Assembly: GCA_012862495.1 (NCBI GenBank)
Contig: BLSG01000411.1
Span: 174,411 to 238,410, forward strand
Direction of reading: 5' to 3'
DNA length: 64,000 nt
DNA from: Thraustochytrium aureum
Taxonomy: Eukaryota
The first letter of the stretch is position 1. Every line of letters starts with the position of its first letter. The notes beneath the pieces were generated by a model. It was given only the letters and a program-made list of their open reading frames with translations, ran no database searches and was not told the origin of the DNA. This document shows, piece by piece, positions 57,508 to 64,000 of this stretch. Made by a program: the position numbers and the translations under genes.

Positions 57508-57879
57508 CGCGCGGCTGCTGGCTCGGCGCTTGCCTGCGCGGCCGGTGTCCGTCCTGCTCTCCCCTCCAAAGATACACCATAGGCCTACACCTAAGCCAGT
57601 GAGTGGTCTGTAGGTAGACACAGGCTCGAGCTGTTGGTTGTGGATTCTCATGAGGTTGGCGACGCGGAGTGAGCAGGTACTCTACTACCTACCGATGGAC
57701 GCGAGCTAGCTGGTGTTCTGCGGCGTGGCGTGGAGTGGGGCCTGGGCGCCTCACAGGGCTTGGTGAGCGGGGCGCTGCGCCGTCCACACGTTCTGCGCCT
57801 CGAAAGCGCGCTTCTTTCTGAAAAGGCAGGCCGTTTGTGAGGGCGCATGGGGAAGGGAGGAATTGGCGCTACCAAAGCG

Positions 57880-58001
57880 GAAAGGAAAAGGAACAGAGAG
57901 AACGGAAAGAAAGGAAAGAATAAAGAGAGCGACAAGGAAAAAGGAACAGAGAGAACGGAAAGAACGGAAAGAATAAAGAGAGCGACAAGGAACAGAGAGA
58001 A
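57880..58001. repeat. Purine-rich imperfect repeat running into an assembly gap
   Basis: Duplicated blocks GGAACAGAGAGAACGGAAAGAA and GGAAAGAATAAAGAGAGCGACAAGGAA. Confidence 0.8.
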
Positions 58002-58515
58002 NNNNNNNNNNNNNNNNNNNNNNNNNNNNNNNNNNNNNNNNNNNNNNNNNNNNNNNNNNNNNNNNNNNNNNNNNNNNNNNNNNNNNNNNNNNNNNNNNNN
58101 NNNNNNNNNNNNNNNNNNNNNNNNNNNNNNNNNNNNNNNNNNNNNNNNNNNNNNNNNNNNNNNNNNNNNNNNNNNNNNNNNNNNNNNNNNNNNNNNNNNN
58201 NNNNNNNNNNNNNNNNNNNNNGAGAGAACGACAAGGAAGGAAGCAGGGGCTGGCAGACGCGGACGGAGCAGAGCAGGAACAGGCAGGAGCAGGAGCAGAG
58301 CAGGAGCAGCAGTGGGGAGGCGGCCGTGGCTCGGGCGAGGTGTCGGCTCGAGAAGCGCTCGGTTGCTGTGGCGCTCGGGCTCCAGAGCTAGCTCGCGTGC
58401 AGCTCGTTGCGCTTGCTCGCTTGGTCTTGGCTTGCTCGCGTACGTGCGTGCGTGCGTGCGTGCGTGCTTGTTGCTTGCTTGCGGGTAGGCTGTGCGGGAC
58501 GGAGCCAGCGGCGGG

Positions 58516-60036
58516 ATGGGCGAGATGGAGAGCGAAGTGCTGCGCATCGTCGGGCTGGGCGAGCCCGTGGACTCGCTTCGGCTAGCCGAGGAACGCAAGT
58601 GGGACCACAGTGAGCTGGTTGGGCTGATGAAGAGCTTGGCGGCCGACGAGTGCGTCGTGCTGGAGCAGCAAGCCGTGAGCAAGTTTGAGCTCACCGAGGA
58701 AGGCAAGCGCACGGTCGAGCAGGGCTCGCCAGAGTTTGCGCTGGTCTCGATTATCCCAGAGCAAGGGCTTCCAGTCGCCGAGGTTAAGCGGGACCACAAA
58801 GTGGGCATGGGCATGGCGATGAAGAATAAGTGGATCGCCGTGGACGGGCCCGTGGTAAAGCGCGTCGTCGACGCCGGCGCTGCCACCGACGAGCTCGCCG
58901 AGGATCTCAAGGCCGTCTTGGCCAGCGGCGGGGACATGGGAAGCGTGAGCGACGACAAAGCCAAGGTGCTCAAGAAGCGCAACCAGGTTGCCGTGATCAA
59001 AACGACCTTTTACGTGGGCACGAAAGGACCGCACTGGGGCCCGACGCGGTCCAAGGCCGAGTCGGCGCTGACCAAGGAAATGCTCGAGTCCAACTCGTGG
59101 CGCGACAAGCGCTTCAAGCCCACCAACTTCCACAGCCTCGGAACCCCGGTGAACGGCGGGTTCCTCCACCCGCTCATGCAGGTCCGCACCGAGTTTCGCA
59201 AGATTCTCGTCGGCATGGGGTTCGAAGAGATGCCCACCTCGCGCTGGGTGGAGAATTCGTTTTGGAACTTTGACTCGCTGTTCCAGCCACAACAGCACCC
59301 GGCGCGCGACGCGCACGACACGTTCTTCATCAAGGAGCCGGCCCAAGCCTCGCTGGAGAGCTGCCCGGCCTCGCTGGTGGAAGACGTGCGCACCATGCAC
59401 GAGGTGGGCGCCCACGGGTCGATCGGGCACCGGTACAAGTGGTCGCTGGACGAGGCCAAGAAGAACATTTTGCGGACGCACACCACCGCGGTGTCCAGCT
59501 ACATGCTCTGGAAGCTGGCCAACCAGCCGGGGGGCTTCAAGCCGGCCAAGTACTTTAGCATTGACCGCGTCTTCCGCAACGAGACCATGGACAACACGCA
59601 CTTGGCAGAGTTCCACCAGGTCGAGGGCCTCGTGGCCGACTACGGCCTGAGCCTGGGTGACCTCATTGGCGTCATCAAGCAGTTCTTCCTGGAGATCGGC
59701 ATCGAGGACGTGCGCTTCAAGCCGGCCTTCAACCCTTACACGGAGCCGAGCATGGAGATCTTCGGCTTTCACCCCGATCTCAAGGTCTGGACTGAGATCG
59801 GCAACTCGGGCATGTTTCGGCCAGAGATGCTCCGCCCGCTCGGTCTTCCGGAAGGTGTCCGAGTGATTGCCTGGGGTCTCGCGCTCGAGCGACCGACCAT
59901 GATCAAGTTTCGCGTCAAGAACATTCGAGAAATGTTTGGCCACCGCATCAAGCTCGAGCGGACGCGGACGTCGCAGCTGCCCCTGTTCAAGGAGCCCGCA
60001 GCTGAGCCGGCCAAGGCGCAGGCAAAGGAGGAGTGA
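58516..60036 (+). CDS. FARSA: Phenylalanyl-tRNA synthetase alpha subunit, cytosolic type
   Basis: FWNFDSLFQPQQHPARDAHDTF, LRTHTTAVS, DRVFRNE, EFHQVEG, FNPYTEPS, GNSGMFRPEM and AWGLALER. Confidence 0.97.
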   Translation: MGEMESEVLRIVGLGEPVDSLRLAEERKWDHSELVGLMKSLAADECVVLEQQAVSKFELTEEGKRTVEQGSPEFALVSIIPEQGLPVAEVKRDHKVGMGMAMKNKWIAVDGPVVKRVVDAGAATDELAEDLKAVLASGGDMGSVSDDKAKVLKKRNQVAVIKTTFYVGTKGPHWGPTRSKAESALTKEMLESNSWRDKRFKPTNFHSLGTPVNGGFLHPLMQVRTEFRKILVGMGFEEMPTSRWVENSFWNFDSLFQPQQHPARDAHDTFFIKEPAQASLESCPASLVEDVRTMHEVGAHGSIGHRYKWSLDEAKKNILRTHTTAVSSYMLWKLANQPGGFKPAKYFSIDRVFRNETMDNTHLAEFHQVEGLVADYGLSLGDLIGVIKQFFLEIGIEDVRFKPAFNPYTEPSMEIFGFHPDLKVWTEIGNSGMFRPEMLRPLGLPEGVRVIAWGLALERPTMIKFRVKNIREMFGHRIKLERTRTSQLPLFKEPAAEPAKAQAKEE

Positions 60037-60448
60037 GCGCGCGGCGCTGGAGGCCGCGCGCTCCGTAGCGAGACCGACCCTCTGCTCGCCCTTCGTAGTT
60101 GGCGGCATTTCGTTCTCGTTTCGCTCTACTCTGCCGCGGACAGGCGATAGACCACGCGTTTTCACAGAAAAGAAGCCAGAGATACAAATGACTCTTCCGA
60201 ACGTTTTCCTCACGAGCTTGCTTGGAGTGCCGCCGCACCCGTGCCAGTGTGGCGCAGTCGACGCCAAGGCGAGGCTGCGCGGGGCGGGCCGCAAGAATGG
60301 CCCGACAGCCCTCTGCCGCGCCCCAATCGGCACGCGCGCAGGAGCGGTGCAAGAGAAGGATGCCTCTGCGTGTGGCGTGGATCGCGTGCTGCGCACAAGA
60401 ACGAAATGCTTATGGTCATACGTCGCGGCTTTCGTCGCGACACTTCAA

Positions 60449-62218
60449 TTAGGCCTGGGGCGCCAAGCCCCGGGCTCTCTGCTTCTCTCTCAGCTCGTTC
60501 AACAGCCCTTTGTCGCCGCCAATCTCGCTGCCGCCCCTCGCGGTCGTGAGGCCGCGCGCCGGTGCCGGCGATTCTTTTGCCTTCCGGATCTGCTCATTGA
60601 TGGTCTTGCCTCCTCCGGCGTACAGCGGTGCTACGTCTCCGAACGCGCCCTTTGGTTCCGGGACGCCGTCCCTTGCCATCGCGTTGCGAACGGCGCCCTC
60701 AGGCACCCCCGAGGCGACCATCTTGGCGTACTTGGCGTACTTTGGGCCTTGCAGCTTGCTGGCGAGTGCGCCTGCGCTGGTGTCGGGGGGCGGCCCGCCG
60801 GCGGCAGGCCTAGCCGGCTCGTCGCTTCGCTTGCTGGGCGCAAGGTTGTTGCTAGAGCGGCGCGCCCGCCGCTCGGACGACTCTCTCTCCTTCTTCTTCT
60901 TCTTATCTGGGGACGAGCTGCCGCCGCCAAAGAGAAGGCGGAAGAATCCGCCGCGCTTGCTCTCCGTTCCGACGGTCACGGACGACCGCTTCCCGACGGC
61001 CTGGGGCACTGCGGCCTTGTCTCGCGCACGGGGGGGCACAGCCGGGATTGCTGCTGGCGGACTCGAGACCACCGACGTCGGAGACCCTGCACTCGCTAGG
61101 CCCGCTGGCAGGCGCTCCACCGCGGCCGGCGGCGCAGGGGCGAAACCTTGGCGTACCAGCAAACTGGCCTCGAGAGCCTTGCGCCTCTCCGCACCAAGGG
61201 TACTTGGCGTGACCGCAGGCCTCGACTCTGCCTCGGGTGCGCGGTTCGGCTTGCCACCGCCGGGCTGGCCTAGGCTCGCCAAGCTCTCTTTGACGGCCTT
61301 GTGCGCGTTCTTGTACGATTCGCTTGGCGGTTTTGAACAAGGTCGTGCCGAGGAATGCGAGCTCTTTGAGCCGCGCTTGCTCGATCGCAACGGGGCCGGG
61401 ACGAGGTTTGCGAACCAGTTCTTGATTCCTGTCCAGATCCGCGCTCGATTCCAGTACAAAGCAAGCCCCAGCCCGCCCAGCGTGGCCAGGATGACGAGCA
61501 CGCCGATGAGCTTTGCGCGGATCGCGGAAGTCTGCGGGGGCATTGGCATTGGTTTGACGAAATCAGCCACAGGCATACTTGATTTTCTGGGGAATCTCGC
61601 CTGCCTGGGCTTGCCCCTGGGCAGGAGAACGAGGAGGAGAGCCAGGCAAATTAAGGCAAGCGTGCTGCCGATAACCGCCATCCCTATGCGCTCTTTGACC
61701 GGCGGGGTCAGCAGCTTTCCTATTTTGCTGTTCTTGTCGACCTTGGCGAGGTCAAGCAGCGCCGTGGCCAGCCTAGAGCTCGCGGCTGCAAGCCAGTCCG
61801 ATCCAGGCCGACTGCTAAGGCTGCTACTGCCTTGCAGGCTGGCGGGCTTGGCGGGCTTGGCTGGCGGCGAGCGGCGGAATGAGCGCCGCGACGTCGTGGG
61901 TGCGAGGGGGGCGGCCGCCGCGCGGTCGGGCGCTGGCAACGACTGCGAAATCGCAGCGACCCATTCGCGGGCGTGTCGTTCGCTCTCAGCCCGAAACTCG
62001 TACGACCGCTTCTTCGTGACCACGACGATGGCGCTCGACCCTGACACAGTTTGCACGGTGCTCATGTTTCTGAACGGTATCATCGTGGCGTCCAGCTTCA
62101 TGGCTGCTTCGCGCGACTTGGCCGACACGAGCCCACCGCGATCATGGTTCACAACAAAGTACTTTTGCTTCCCGGTCGTCCACGACCCGCCCTTCGGGAC
62201 CTGCAGAAAACCTTGCAT
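60449..62218 (-). CDS. PH domain plus two TM helices plus CCDC53/DUF2360-like motif and WH2-like tail
   Basis: N-terminal PH (MQGFLQV...SYEFRAESERHAREWVAAI), two hydrophobic helices, PKYAKYAKMVASGVPEGAVRNAMARDGV and terminal GLLNELRE. Confidence 0.7.
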   Translation of the reverse strand: MQGFLQVPKGGSWTTGKQKYFVVNHDRGGLVSAKSREAAMKLDATMIPFRNMSTVQTVSGSSAIVVVTKKRSYEFRAESERHAREWVAAISQSLPAPDRAAAAPLAPTTSRRSFRRSPPAKPAKPASLQGSSSLSSRPGSDWLAAASSRLATALLDLAKVDKNSKIGKLLTPPVKERIGMAVIGSTLALICLALLLVLLPRGKPRQARFPRKSSMPVADFVKPMPMPPQTSAIRAKLIGVLVILATLGGLGLALYWNRARIWTGIKNWFANLVPAPLRSSKRGSKSSHSSARPCSKPPSESYKNAHKAVKESLASLGQPGGGKPNRAPEAESRPAVTPSTLGAERRKALEASLLVRQGFAPAPPAAVERLPAGLASAGSPTSVVSSPPAAIPAVPPRARDKAAVPQAVGKRSSVTVGTESKRGGFFRLLFGGGSSSPDKKKKKERESSERRARRSSNNLAPSKRSDEPARPAAGGPPPDTSAGALASKLQGPKYAKYAKMVASGVPEGAVRNAMARDGVPEPKGAFGDVAPLYAGGGKTINEQIRKAKESPAPARGLTTARGGSEIGGDKGLLNELREKQRARGLAPQA

Positions 62219-64000
62219 GTCTGCCGCCGCCCTCTGCGCCACCCAGCCGAGCGCTGCTTGCTGCGCGCGCGTTTGTCCGCCTGCGTCCGGCGGTGCGTGC
62301 TGTCAGCCCAACCACAGCGTGCGCACCTTTTCCAGAATCACCTGCAGCGGGCGGGCGACTCCTCGTGCGTAGCGTCAACGAGACCGCGTTGCCCGGGCCC
62401 TTTCTTTGCCCCCGCGATGTCCTCGTGCAGGCAGGCCCGCACCCGAGCAGCAGGCAGCCACAGACTGCGCCGAGCTTGGGCTTTGCGTGCACCACTTGGG
62501 AGTCGGGACCACTCAACGCCTCGCTCGTCCATTGTTTTCCGGCGCACACCGTCTCCAGAGGCGAGTGCCACGCTGTCGGCATTGCGCGCCGCGGAGCAGG
62601 AGAGGAGAAGGCAGCCCTGTTGGTGCCGACTTCAGCTGACAAATGCCGGCGTGCGGAGAGGTAGAGGGTACGAGCTATACATGCTGTTTCTGCAGGCAGG
62701 TTGCAGGTCGCGCGTCCTGACAGCAGCTCTGCTCGAACCTGTGCGGCGAGCGCTGACGCGCGCCGCACCGCAGGCTAGTGCGAGCGTCCACCTCTACTTG
62801 TTCGACCGCGTTGGAGACGTCGGGGGAAAAAGTCGGTCGGTGTGGCGAGGTCCGAGGCGCCCCAAAAAATCGATGCCCAGCAAGTGCTGTCGATGCCCAG
62901 CAAGTAGTACCGGTAGGAGTCTGCCCGAGTCAATCAGAAAGTCGTCGCAAGTGGTCGTCCGCCAGGTCTCGAGCGGCATCTCGGCCAGCGATGGAACTCA
63001 GCTCGTCCACATTGTGCTGCCAGCGGTGCGCGTTGGTGGCTCCAAGGTGGCTCTCGGTGACGACCTCCGTCGATCAGGATCAGGCTGTTTCGCACACAGC
63101 CGCGGACGAGGCCTTCCAGCGCCGTCCGAGCCGCTCGTGAAGGCCTCTAACAGTAGGCCTTGCGAAGACATCTACCTATCTGTTCGGCCGTCCGAGGCGC
63201 CAGCAGCCGAGGCCGAGGCGCGACTCGCCAAAGCCGCCAACTGCGGCGCCGCGCGCCGCTGCCAGTAGGACCTCACTGGCTCCAAGTCGAGCACCGGGGC
63301 CACACCCGCAAATGAGCTGATCCTGCGCTGGCACTCTTGGGGCGCTCGACGTGCGGACAAGGAGGATCCTCCTTGGTGTGGAGCAGAATCGGACATGTCT
63401 TCTGATCCACCTTGACCAGGGGCAGACTTCAAACGAGCTCTCTGGCGTGCACGGGCCGTCCTGGAGTTCCCTCGCGCAACTAACGTCGTCAACAGATCCG
63501 CCCGTCAACGCATCGGAACTCAGCGCATCGGAACTCATCGCAACGGAACGGCAATCGCTTCTTGAACTGTCCTGCTCCGCGAATAGAGTCGCGTAGAGTA
63601 CCTACTCTACTGCCTGTACTTCCTACTCCTTGTCCTACTACTTCCTCTTACTTTCCTGCGAGTCACCGTACTTTCTCCGGTACGTACTGGCATTGGCAGG
63701 ACGGCGGAGTACTTCCTCCGAGTCGTCGTTGTTTTCGTTGTTGTATGTCGTGGTCGTCGCACACCCTGGTGAAGCAGGCCTTGCCGTTCGCGCGTCTTGC
63801 GAAGTCGCGATCGCCCACGTAAGTGAGTATGTTACGCTACTTCCGACGACCAAACTCAATCAAACCCACATCCATCCGTCGCACTCGAAGCCGCATCCAT
63901 CCGTCCGTCATTTGCCAAAGCCAGGCGGCGGCTGCACGGTTTGCGCGGGCGAGCTGGAAGCCACCAGAGCCGAACAGCAGGACAGCTGGCTGGCTGTGGC

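Noticed and set aside
62790..63860. Fragmentary minus-strand ORFs and small duplications as a pseudogene or transposon relic
   Set aside because: No recognisable domain, terminal repeats or consistent frame; a degenerate gene is possible but cannot be supported.

Overview
Gene-dense, GC-rich (about 65% by eye), intron-poor eukaryotic scaffold with five N-gaps. The host is probably a flagellated stramenopile such as a thraustochytrid (inference from radial spoke protein 3, a Zn2Cys6 protein and compact GT-AG introns). I can support 19 protein-coding genes: a TIR-NACHT NLR-like gene running off the left edge (absent from the ORF track), DHHC palmitoyltransferase, GCP2, an EF-hand/WD40 protein, RSP3, a spliced Mis18/Yippee-like gene, a Zn2Cys6-dCTP pyrophosphatase fusion, an IQ protein, a divergent AIF, an atypical SDR-like protein, an EXD3/Mut-7-type nuclease with an inserted YbaK/ProX domain, a PqiA-like membrane protein, spliced TypA/BipA, an EF-hand/ARM protein, a PH-Sec6 protein, a secreted beta-helix protein, GCN1, PheRS alpha and a PH-TM-CCDC53-like protein. 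The most striking observations are two domain fusions (zinc-cluster plus MazG-fold dCTPase; DEDDy exonuclease plus YbaK plus Mut7-C), the TIR-NACHT gene, and an AIF lacking many catalytic residues. Six short frameshifts split four genes and are probably assembly errors. No rRNA, tRNA, CRISPR array or intact mobile element was recognised. All family calls come from motif recognition by eye, not database searches.
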